Positions 55,955-64,000 of a stretch of 64,000 nt of DNA are shown piece by piece. The notes under the pieces were generated by a model. The model was not told the origin of the DNA. It saw only the letters and a program-made list of their open reading frames with translations, and made no database searches. This DNA comes from an uncultured Amylibacter sp. (GTDB taxonomy: Bacteria; Pseudomonadota; Alphaproteobacteria; Rhodobacterales; Rhodobacteraceae). Where the stretch lies: positions 622,359-686,358 of the forward strand of contig OX044354.1 of NCBI GenBank assembly GCA_943846615.1. Reading direction: 5' to 3'. Position 1 is the stretch's first letter. Each line of letters opens with the position of its first letter. Position numbers and translations under genes: made by a program.

Positions 55955-56737
55955 TTGCGAAGGCACCGCATCATGAGCGACACCGAAAACCATATCACGC
56001 CAGAACCACATGATGTTTTAGCGGCGTTTTCCCTGTTAACCCGCCTACCGGTCCCAGTGGATCACACCCGAGCGGGTGAACGCGCAGCGGTGGCGACATG
56101 GGCCTATCCGTTGGTTGGGACGGTGGTCGGTGGGCTGTCTGGCTTGGCAGTTTACATCGCAATGGCCTTGCTGTTGCCCAGTGGGCTCGCGGCAGCGATG
56201 GGCCTGTTGACGGCGGCTTCACTTACAGGCGCTATGCACGAGGACGGTTTGGCGGATTGCGCGGATGGATTCTGGGGCGGGCATGATCGGACGCGTCGGC
56301 TAGAGATTATGAAAGACAGCTCTACCGGAGCCTACGGCGCTGTGGTTCTGGTGATTTTTCTGTTGGCGGAATGGTCCGCGATCGAGGCCTTGGTTTTCGC
56401 CAACCCGATCCAGACATTCGCAGGTATTGGTGCGATATCGCGCCTGCCCATGGTTTTGGCCATGTGGGTGATGCCAAATGCGCGCGAAAACGGATTGGCG
56501 GCGGGCGTTGGTATGCCGCCTGCAATTTCCGCTCAGATTGCGACTGGAATTACATTAGTCATCGCGCTAATCACGCTTGGCTGGGCGGGTATTGCAGTGA
56601 TGTTTTCCGCCGTATTTGCCGCACTGATTGTCGGCGGCATCGCAAATGCCAAAATCGAAGGATATACAGGCGATGTACTCGGCGCGATGCAGAAATGTGC
56701 GGCCTTGGCCGGCTTTACGGCCTACCTTTGCCTTTAG
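55955..56737 (+). CDS. cobS: adenosylcobinamide-GDP ribazoletransferase
   Basis: Polytopic, with HEDGLADCADGFWGG. Confidence 0.85.
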   Translation: MRRHRIMSDTENHITPEPHDVLAAFSLLTRLPVPVDHTRAGERAAVATWAYPLVGTVVGGLSGLAVYIAMALLLPSGLAAAMGLLTAASLTGAMHEDGLADCADGFWGGHDRTRRLEIMKDSSTGAYGAVVLVIFLLAEWSAIEALVFANPIQTFAGIGAISRLPMVLAMWVMPNARENGLAAGVGMPPAISAQIATGITLVIALITLGWAGIAVMFSAVFAALIVGGIANAKIEGYTGDVLGAMQKCAALAGFTAYLCL

Positions 56738-57204
56738 TTATATTTCGCTGAGGTGATGAATTCACCAAATGCTTCGCACCAAATCAATACCGTCGAATAG
56801 GCCGATGGATCAACAGATGCAGGAATTTCAGCAATGAAACCATCAAATGATTTCACGCTTCCAAGGTTTTGAGATTTTTCCTTCACGGCCAAAAACGTAG
56901 CTTCGTCTTCGACGAACTCAGGAACCAAATAAACCATATAATCTGGGCCGGGTGCCAAACTGCCGACGTGGACAATTTTGTTTGCCGTGATGCTGACCTT
57001 GCCTTCGCCCCAATGCAAGAAGTCGCTGCCCTTCAGCTCGCGCGTGAATTCCCCGGTAAACATCGCGTTTTGTGATGACGCAGCAAGAGTTGCTGCATCT
57101 GGACTTTTGGGTGCTGTCAAAATTGGCAACAAGTATATCCCCAGAACGAAACCAATGATCAACATGATACTGTGCGAAATAAGCATCAAAAACTTAAACA
57201 TCAT
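56734..57204 (-). CDS. membrane-anchored DM13-domain-like protein
   Basis: N-terminal TM, then FLHWGEGKVSI...GPDYMVYL. The DM13 family assignment is from memory. Confidence 0.4.
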   Translation of the reverse strand: MMFKFLMLISHSIMLIIGFVLGIYLLPILTAPKSPDAATLAASSQNAMFTGEFTRELKGSDFLHWGEGKVSITANKIVHVGSLAPGPDYMVYLVPEFVEDEATFLAVKEKSQNLGSVKSFDGFIAEIPASVDPSAYSTVLIWCEAFGEFITSAKYN

Positions 57205-57235
57205 TGGTTCCTTTCTTAGATTTTACGTTCGCAGC

Positions 57236-57748
57236 TTAGCTGCCGCGTGACACCAAAATGCCAACAACTTTTTCGCCTGCCACACCTTCATCGGTGGCAT
57301 CAACCGCCGCTACTTCGCGTGTCAAACGCTCCAAAGCTGCTTCGTATAATTGACGCTCTGAATAAGATTGCTCGCGCTCTTCGTCGTTGCGGTGTAAATC
57401 ACGAACCACTTCGGCAATTGACATCAGATCACCTGAATTGATTTTTTGCTCATATTCTTGGGCGCGACGTGACCACATTGCGCGTTTTACACGTGCGCGG
57501 CCTTTTAATGTTTTCATCGCTTTGGCGATCTCTTCTGGCGATGACAGGTTACGCATGCCCACGGCGGTTGCCTTGGCCGTTGGAACACGCAGGGTCATTT
57601 TATCCTTTTCGAACAAAATCACGAACAGTTCCATTTCGGTGCCTGCGATTTCCTGTGTTTCCACAGTCGTAATTTTGCCAACGCCATGCGCTGGGTACAC
57701 AACGAAATCATTGATGCGAAAATCGCCGTATTTTTTATTCTTAGCCAT
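57236..57748 (-). CDS. carD: CarD-family transcriptional regulator
   Basis: FRINDFVVYPAHGVGKITTVE. ATG 57748 is preferred over the longer ORF. Confidence 0.85.
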   Translation of the reverse strand: MAKNKKYGDFRINDFVVYPAHGVGKITTVETQEIAGTEMELFVILFEKDKMTLRVPTAKATAVGMRNLSSPEEIAKAMKTLKGRARVKRAMWSRRAQEYEQKINSGDLMSIAEVVRDLHRNDEEREQSYSERQLYEAALERLTREVAAVDATDEGVAGEKVVGILVSRGS

Positions 57749-57954
57749 AAAATGCCATTCCTTTGGTTGCGGAGCATCCACACATACGCCCGACACCTGA
57801 ACAGGTGGTAAAGGGCGCAATTTGTGGGATATGTGGTGAATTATAATGTGTTATTTGTGATCATAATTCGTCCAGAAAACTCCTTGGTTCTGGGGACAGT
57901 ATATCACATTTCTGCCCCATATGCCAGCGGGGTCAAAACGACGCGAAAATCCAA

Positions 57955-57990
57955 TAAAATAAGGGGCAAAAACATTTCTGTTTCGCCCCT
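57955..57990 (-). terminator. rho-independent terminator after fdxA
   Basis: The minus strand reads aggggcgaaa-cagaaatg-tttttgcccct followed by TATTTTATT. Confidence 0.6.
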
Positions 57991-58018
57991 AAAATTTCAA
58001 ATCTGGAAGTGATTCCAA

Positions 58019-58357
58019 TCAGCCACCTTCGCCTGGATTTTCAGAGAAGTATTTCTCCAATTTGCCCTCTTCGCCATCGCGCGCTTCGGCGTCTGGCAAA
58101 GGTTCCTTTTGGCTGATAATCACCGGCCAAATTTCGGAATACTTGCGATTGAATTCAACCCATTTTTCCGTGTCAGGTTCCGTGTCTGGCAGGATCGCAT
58201 CCGCAGGACATTCAGGTTCACAAACACCACAATCGATACATTCATCAGGGTGGATCACCAGCATATTTTCGCCCTCATAGAAACAATCTACGGGGCACAC
58301 TTCGACACAGTCGGTGTATTTACAGGCGATACAAGCATCGTTGACGATATAGGTCAT
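58019..58357 (-). CDS. fdxA: 7Fe ferredoxin
   Basis: [14 protein letters not shown] and [12 protein letters not shown] cluster motifs. Confidence 0.9.
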   Translation of the reverse strand: MTYIVNDACIACKYTDCVEVCPVDCFYEGENMLVIHPDECIDCGVCEPECPADAILPDTEPDTEKWVEFNRKYSEIWPVIISQKEPLPDAEARDGEEGKLEKYFSENPGEGG

Positions 58358-58408
58358 GGGAATTGTCCAAAAATTGTGGTCTTACGCGTATTATTGCGGA
58401 TGGGCGGA

Positions 58409-58780
58409 TCAATCAAGACCGCGTTTTGAAAAAGAATGTAACCCACGGCGCCATTTGCCTGTCGGGCGACCTTTTCCCTCGAATTTTGGGTTGTGTGGAA
58501 TTTTTTCCCGAACTGGCGGCGGATCGGATCGATCTGTGTATAATGTTTGCGCCTCGGGCGCCGGGCCGCGACGTTTGCCAATGGCGGTAACCTCGATCAA
58601 ACGAATCCAATCACCTGTGGCGAATGTCAGCGTATCGCCAACTTTAACATCATGGGATGGTTTGCTGATGCGCGTTCCATTAACGCGCACTTTGCCTTCG
58701 CGAACCAATTTTGCGGTCAGGCTGCGCGATTTGAAAAACCGCGCATGCCACAGCCATTTATCGATGCGATCCGTTATGAT
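58409..58780 (-). CDS. S4-domain RNA-binding protein (Hsp15-like)
   Basis: The conserved RIDKWLWHARFFKSRS is encoded upstream of the first TTG/ATG (58708). The frame is open back to 58780. Confidence 0.7.
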   Translation of the reverse strand: MITDRIDKWLWHARFFKSRSLTAKLVREGKVRVNGTRISKPSHDVKVGDTLTFATGDWIRLIEVTAIGKRRGPAPEAQTLYTDRSDPPPVREKIPHNPKFEGKGRPTGKWRRGLHSFSKRGLD

Positions 58781-61428
58781 TTATCCTTTAGCGCCATTAG
58801 GGCCGCAAACGGGTTATCGGGATCCAAAGGTTTGTCTTTCTTGGCAGGTGCCGCTGAATGACGTTTTGCTTTGTTGCCCTGTTTGCCACCTTGCTTGCCC
58901 TGTGGCTTACCTTTGCCACGTGGTTTTTGCGATTGCTCTGCGCGTTGTGGACGTGCTTTTGGCACCCACTTGAAGGTATAGAACGTTTCCGTTGTTTCTT
59001 CGTCCTCGGCGGCGGGTTTAACCTCTTCACCCTCTTTGGGTTCAGGTTTCACCTTGTCGCGTTCGCCTTTTTCAACGGCAAAGCCCAATCCGTCCATCAT
59101 ATTGGCGAATTGATCCAAAGTTGTGCCAGAAATCGACAGCATGTCTGGGTTTGCTTCAAAGCCCGCTTTTACATCCTGTGTACGTGTCAAATCAGCCAAG
59201 CGTTCCAACATATCAATACGGATCGCGCGTTCGCCGGCCAAACGATAACCAGCGCGTGGGTAATACCCCTTGGGCGCGCCTTTGGTTTCTGGGATTGTCA
59301 CCAGACCAGCGGGTGGAGCTTCTGGGAATTCGTCCAATTCTTCGAACAACGACCACAGAACCAAACGCAGGCGCGTTGGTGCAGGTTTCAACATCAGCTG
59401 TTGGAACAATGTGTACTGGCCAAAACGAACGCCGTGTTTACGCAGCAATCCACGACCGTCCTGATCCAATTCCTTGACTTCCTTTGCCACGACTGAGCGC
59501 GGAATCACGCCCAAGCTTTCAACCAAGCGGAACGCCAAACCGCGTGCCATTCCCGTAACCATTTCATCATCGCGCATTGCGATTAACGGTTCAAATGCCG
59601 CGTTGATTTTACGATCCATAAAGTGCCCAAGGCGCTTTTTAACCTTGTCGGCCACATCTGCGCCCGCTTCGTCGTCTACGAAAACTTCGATACGCGGTGC
59701 CAGAACATCATCGCCTTTGACCAATTTACCAACGCCGTACTCGCCCCACATCAGGCCGCCTTGTTCGGTAAATTCGAATTCAGTGTCAGGTGCATTATAC
59801 ATGCGATCCGCACGTAAATTGAATTCAGGTTGTAACGCCTGGATCGATGCCGTGCGCAGGGTTTTACCCTCTTCTGCCGTGGCATCCTTGTCCATTTGGA
59901 AACGGAATCCGTTCAATTTTCCGACGAATTCACCTTCGATCGTCACTTCACCCTTGGTATCTACCTCAGCCACAAGGCTCTCCTTTTGTTTCAAGCGGCG
60001 CATCAGAATTGATGTGCGCCGGTCGATAAATCGTTGCGTTAACGCGCTATGCAGCGCATCAGATAGGCGGTCTTCTACTGCACGTGTCTCTTCGCGCCAA
60101 TAGGTTTCATTCTGAACCCAGCCTTTTCTTTGACAGATGTAGGTCCATGTGCGGATAAACGCCAATCTTTTGGAAATTGTGTCAATTTCGCCACCCTGTT
60201 TGTCGATATTCGCGATCTTTTGCGCCAACCATGTTTCGGGCACCTGACCCGATTCATGCAGGAAATTGTAGATGCGCATCACCAGATTTGTATGGTCGGT
60301 AAAGCTGACGCCGCGAAAATCAGGAATCCCGCATGCGTCCCACAGCAATTTCACCGATGGTCCATCGGATGCCCGCGCCGCCACTTCGCCGTCCTCGACC
60401 AATGTGGTCAGTGTGCGGAAATCCTCGGCAGGTTGGGATTTGATTAACAATGGGTCATTGGGCGATTTATCCAACGCATTGATCAACGCATTGGATGATC
60501 CAAATTCCAGTCGCGAATTACGCCATTGTAGTTTTTTCAACGGGCTGAACATGTGGTTTTCAATGGCATAGACGACTTCCTCGTCCAACGGCGATGCCTC
60601 GCCCGTTACGCCGAACGTACCCGAATTCAAATGCCGCCCAGCGCGGCCCGCAATTTGCGCCAACTCGTTTGGAAACAGATACCGCATCCGCCGCCCGTCA
60701 AATTTCGTCAGACTGGAAAATGCAACGTGTTTGACATCCAGATTCAATCCCATACCGATGGCATCCGTCGCAACCAGATAATCAACATCACCGTTTTGAT
60801 ACAATTCCACCTGTGCGTTTCTCGTGCGTGGCGACAGTGCGCCCATCACCACAGCCGCGCCCCCCTTTTGGCGGCGTAATAACTCGGCGTTGGCGTAAAC
60901 ACTGTCCACGGAAAACCCAACGATGGCGGATCGCGTGGGCATGCGGCTGGTTTTCTTGGCCCCCGTGTACTCCAATTCTGAAAACCGCTCGCGGGTGACG
61001 AATTCAACGTTGGGTATCAACTGCCCAATGACCTTACGCATGGTGTATGCACCCAAAAACAATGTTTCCATCGTACCGCGCATATTCAACAAACGATCCG
61101 TGAAAATATGTCCACGGGCGGGATCGGCGCACAGCTGGATTTCATCAATTGCAACGAATTCCGCGCCAATATCCAGTGGCATCGCTTCGACCGTGCATAT
61201 CCAATATTGTGCGCGGGTCGGAACGATACGTTCCTCGCCCGTCACTAACGCCACGGCATTCGGCCCTCGCAACGCAACCACCTTGTCATAAACCTCCCGC
61301 GCCAACAGGCGCAACGGCAGGCCGATCACACCCGTGCGGCGCGCCAACATACGTTCAATCGCATAATGGGTTTTGCCCGTATTTGTCGGGCCCAGCACAG
61401 CGGCCAAGCGGGAATGGGGAATGGACAT
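58774..61428 (-). CDS. SF2 helicase (alphaproteobacterial Suv3-like helicase-related protein)
   Basis: GPTNTGKT (I), AIDEIQ (II), GRAGR (VI), and a basic C-terminal tail. Confidence 0.8.
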   Translation of the reverse strand: MSIPHSRLAAVLGPTNTGKTHYAIERMLARRTGVIGLPLRLLAREVYDKVVALRGPNAVALVTGEERIVPTRAQYWICTVEAMPLDIGAEFVAIDEIQLCADPARGHIFTDRLLNMRGTMETLFLGAYTMRKVIGQLIPNVEFVTRERFSELEYTGAKKTSRMPTRSAIVGFSVDSVYANAELLRRQKGGAAVVMGALSPRTRNAQVELYQNGDVDYLVATDAIGMGLNLDVKHVAFSSLTKFDGRRMRYLFPNELAQIAGRAGRHLNSGTFGVTGEASPLDEEVVYAIENHMFSPLKKLQWRNSRLEFGSSNALINALDKSPNDPLLIKSQPAEDFRTLTTLVEDGEVAARASDGPSVKLLWDACGIPDFRGVSFTDHTNLVMRIYNFLHESGQVPETWLAQKIANIDKQGGEIDTISKRLAFIRTWTYICQRKGWVQNETYWREETRAVEDRLSDALHSALTQRFIDRRTSILMRRLKQKESLVAEVDTKGEVTIEGEFVGKLNGFRFQMDKDATAEEGKTLRTASIQALQPEFNLRADRMYNAPDTEFEFTEQGGLMWGEYGVGKLVKGDDVLAPRIEVFVDDEAGADVADKVKKRLGHFMDRKINAAFEPLIAMRDDEMVTGMARGLAFRLVESLGVIPRSVVAKEVKELDQDGRGLLRKHGVRFGQYTLFQQLMLKPAPTRLRLVLWSLFEELDEFPEAPPAGLVTIPETKGAPKGYYPRAGYRLAGERAIRIDMLERLADLTRTQDVKAGFEANPDMLSISGTTLDQFANMMDGLGFAVEKGERDKVKPEPKEGEEVKPAAEDEETTETFYTFKWVPKARPQRAEQSQKPRGKGKPQGKQGGKQGNKAKRHSAAPAKKDKPLDPDNPFAALMALKDKS

Positions 61429-61436
61429 AGTCGGCC

Positions 61437-62057
61437 TTAAAGTGCGGTGCCTTGCAGCAATTCAGATAATCGCGCCACTGCCTTTAGTGCGCTTTCGTTA
61501 TGTGGATGCACCTTTAGCAACTGCTTGTAAACGTCCATTGCTTGTTTGGGGCGTTGGGTGTCCTCTAGAATCATACCAAATCCGCCCAGCGCACCGAAAT
61601 GACGCGGGTTCAGGCGCAATGTCTCCTGAATATCCGCAACAGACGGGCCATAACGTTTCAAATTAAAATAGGCTGTCGCCCGCATATTATAGCCTTCGGC
61701 AAAATCGGGCGCATGATCAATTGCAGCGGTGAAATGTTCCACAGCCGTCTTAAAATCGCCGCCATCCATCGAATCCATGCCACGTTCCAACAAAAAATCG
61801 ACCGCATCCGATCCAGAACGCCGCCATTCACGCCAAATTTTACGTTCAAGGCGTTCAATATTCGCTGGTTCAGGCGCTTGAAGCTGCTCAAACAGCGTGT
61901 CCAACGTGTGTGACTGCGCCAAAACGTGACTATTGTCACCAATTTGAAAAAAAATTAGAAATGACGCCACGACAAATAGCTTGAAACTTCTAACATTAAG
62001 GCAAATCTCTCTCATGTGTTGCAGGTTAGCATTTTGCCAGCCAAAAGGAAGACACAA
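61437..62057 (-). CDS. secreted TPR-repeat protein
   Basis: Hydrophobic N-terminus followed by three to four TPR-like units. Confidence 0.6.
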   Translation of the reverse strand: MCLPFGWQNANLQHMREICLNVRSFKLFVVASFLIFFQIGDNSHVLAQSHTLDTLFEQLQAPEPANIERLERKIWREWRRSGSDAVDFLLERGMDSMDGGDFKTAVEHFTAAIDHAPDFAEGYNMRATAYFNLKRYGPSVADIQETLRLNPRHFGALGGFGMILEDTQRPKQAMDVYKQLLKVHPHNESALKAVARLSELLQGTAL

Positions 62058-62077
62058 ACATCTTACGGGAGTTAAAG

Positions 62078-62368
62078 ATGAACGCAGTAATTGAAAAAGC
62101 CGTAGCGGCGATAAATGAAAAACTAGCTGGAGACGGCTTTGACGGTTCGATCAAGATCGAAATCGAAGACGAAGGTGCAATGATCATCGACGAGAATGGC
62201 GCCAGCGCCAGCGACGCGGATGCAGATTGCACAATGACATCAGACGCCGAAACATTCCAAGGCATCTTGACCGGCGAAGTAAATGCAACATCTGCATTTA
62301 TGTCTGGCAAATTAACTGTTGATGGCGATATGTCTGTTGCCATGAAGTTAGGAAGTGTTCTGAGCTGA
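62078..62368 (+). CDS. SCP2 sterol-carrier-like domain protein
   Basis: 96 aa, with ...FQGILTGEVNATSAFMSGKLTVDGDMSVAMKL. Confidence 0.7.
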   Translation: MNAVIEKAVAAINEKLAGDGFDGSIKIEIEDEGAMIIDENGASASDADADCTMTSDAETFQGILTGEVNATSAFMSGKLTVDGDMSVAMKLGSVLS

Positions 62369-63300
62369 TGCAAACCGCACCGTTCTTTGATGATATTGCG
62401 CGCGCGCCTGAGGGTGGAATTTTCGAATTCCGCACCTGTACTGACGGTGTGCGCGTGCGTCTGGCTTGCTGGAAGGGCGGTACCAAGGGTACCATTCTGA
62501 TTTTCCAGGGCCGCACAGAATTCATTGAAAAATACGGCCCCACGATCCAGCGTTTTCTGGATCGCGGATACAGTGTAGCGGCGGTTGATTGGCGTGGGCA
62601 TGGATTGTCAGATCGCTTGACCGACCGTCCAACCTTGGGACATGTGAACGCGTTCAAGGATTACCAATTGGACGTGGCAGAATTGTTGAAGTTCACCGAA
62701 GATCACGATTTACCAACGGATTTCACCGTGTTGGCCCATTCCATGGGTGGTGCGATTAGTTTGCGCGCGATCCAAGGTGGATTGAAAGCGAACCGCGCAA
62801 TCTTTTCCGCACCGATGTGGGATATCGCGGTGAATTCGTTCGGGGATAGCGCGATAAAGTGTTACAGCAAATCAATGGGGCGATATTTTAGTCGCAAAAT
62901 TTTGGTTCCATCCACAAGTATCCGCAATGCATCCTTTGTGCATGGGTATGAGGGTAATAATCTAACCAATAATAAGAAAGAACACGACCTGCGGGCCAAA
63001 CAATTGGATGATCATCCAGAATTAGAAGTCGGCGGCCCATCAATCGGATGGGTCAGCGAAGCATTGAACGACACCAGGAAACTTCGCGCCAAGGATTTAC
63101 CCGACATACCCGCCATTTGTTTTATGGGTACAAACGAAAATATCGTCAGCCAGAAAGCGATCCATCAGGTGATGTCGCATTGGAACCGTGGTGAATTGAT
63201 TGTGTTTGACGGCGCACAACATGAGTTATTAATCGAAAATCCCGATGTTGTTGAACGCGTGTGGGACAAAATTGATCAACTGCTATCAGCCCCCGTTTAG
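62368..63300 (+). CDS. alpha/beta hydrolase (lysophospholipase-like)
   Basis: HSMGG nucleophile elbow and HGLSD. Confidence 0.75.
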   Translation: MQTAPFFDDIARAPEGGIFEFRTCTDGVRVRLACWKGGTKGTILIFQGRTEFIEKYGPTIQRFLDRGYSVAAVDWRGHGLSDRLTDRPTLGHVNAFKDYQLDVAELLKFTEDHDLPTDFTVLAHSMGGAISLRAIQGGLKANRAIFSAPMWDIAVNSFGDSAIKCYSKSMGRYFSRKILVPSTSIRNASFVHGYEGNNLTNNKKEHDLRAKQLDDHPELEVGGPSIGWVSEALNDTRKLRAKDLPDIPAICFMGTNENIVSQKAIHQVMSHWNRGELIVFDGAQHELLIENPDVVERVWDKIDQLLSAPV

Positions 63301-64000
63301 AATTTTCATCGTTTGGGCATGAACACGCGGATCACTGGCCGCGATCACTTGGCCACCCATGGCCGCCGAACCACCCTGCCAATTTGTGATAATGCCCCCT
63401 GCCCCTTGGACAACGGCCAATGGGCCTTGGATATCATACGGGTTTAACCCCGCCTCAATCACGAGATCGATTTGCCCTGCTGCGAGTAACCCATAAGCAT
63501 AACAGTCCATTCCAAAACGCGTTAATTTGCATTTGGCACTAACACGGTTGAACGCGGCAATTTCAGCTTCATTTCCGATGTCTGGCATCGTTGTGAACAA
63601 CACCGCTTGCCCCAAATCATCGCATGCACGGGTCTTCAACGCCTTGATGCCATCGCGGCTCTCCAATTTCCCTGAACCAAACCCACCCAGAAAACGTTCC
63701 TGCGTATAGGGTTGATCGATCATACCATAAATAACATTCGTACCGTCATAAACGCCGATCAACATACCCCAAGTGGGCGTACCAGAAATAAACCCTCGCG
63801 TGCCATCAATGGGATCTAAAACCCATGTCAGCCCTGATTTACTGGCGATGTCTTCGAACTCTTCGCCCAGAACACCATCATTGGGACGTCTTTGCGACAG
63901 CACTTGCCGAAATGCCAATTCGATTTCTTTGTCTGCGATGGTGACGGGATCGAAACCCTGTGCCAGTTTGTTTTCAACGGATTGAGTATCTGTGCGGAAA
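63286..64000 (-). CDS. inositol-monophosphatase-family protein (possibly histidinol-phosphatase), 5' end outside window
   Basis: DPVTIADKEIE (encoded at 63919-64000), WVLDPIDGTRGF. The frame is open to the window edge. Confidence 0.75.
   Translation of the reverse strand, partial: FRTDTQSVENKLAQGFDPVTIADKEIELAFRQVLSQRRPNDGVLGEEFEDIASKSGLTWVLDPIDGTRGFISGTPTWGMLIGVYDGTNVIYGMIDQPYTQERFLGGFGSGKLESRDGIKALKTRACDDLGQAVLFTTMPDIGNEAEIAAFNRVSAKCKLTRFGMDCYAYGLLAAGQIDLVIEAGLNPYDIQGPLAVVQGAGGIITNWQGGSAAMGGQVIAASDPRVHAQTMKILNGG

Noticed and set aside
58356-61430. Long antisense ORFs across the S4 and helicase genes (e.g. 58356-58973, 58858-59496, 59474-60103)
   Set aside because: They contain no recognisable motifs, whereas the minus-strand helicase frame carries ordered SF2 motifs over its full length.

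Overview
This 64-kb window looks like a chromosomal segment from a marine alphaproteobacterium. The synteny is Rhodobacterales-like: rpoE-chrR with a cfa cluster, tctCBA/tctDE, cobT/cobS, and carD-fdxA-S4-helicase. The window is a mosaic. (1) 1-6.5 kb is a decayed mobile element with an intact serine recombinase, an SF2 helicase broken by two frameshifts, and a C-terminal stump of a tyrosine integrase. (2) 6.5-33.5 kb holds four direct copies (R1-R4) of the last 45-47 nt of a tRNA-Cys(GCA) gene. None is an intact tRNA, and their flanking arms are conserved. R1/R2 and R3/R4 bracket two integrase-less ~4.25-kb cassettes. Cassette A carries a fused three-barrel outer-membrane protein plus a TPR-sulfotransferase. 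Cassette B carries an autotransporter with 32 x 19-aa repeats. R4 also opens a third islet, C, which holds the most unusual locus: a 1289-aa MurC-like Mur ligase fused to an NRPS A-PCP-TE module whose TE nucleophile is Cys. That gene is translationally coupled to a DUF218 gene and divergent from a Stf0-like sulfotransferase. Between cassettes A and B lie sqdB and an RpoE-ChrR regulon with three TGATCC-N16-CGTA(A/T) promoters. (3) 43.7-54.9 kb is a Wzx/Wzy-type exopolysaccharide locus. It has two more sulfotransferase domains (one fused to a glycosyltransferase), a Wzc-like protein with a degenerate Walker A, and an exoY-like priming transferase interrupted at a T8 run. (4) 54.9-64 kb is housekeeping. 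All functional calls come from motif recognition by eye on the supplied ORF track and sequence. No searches were run.
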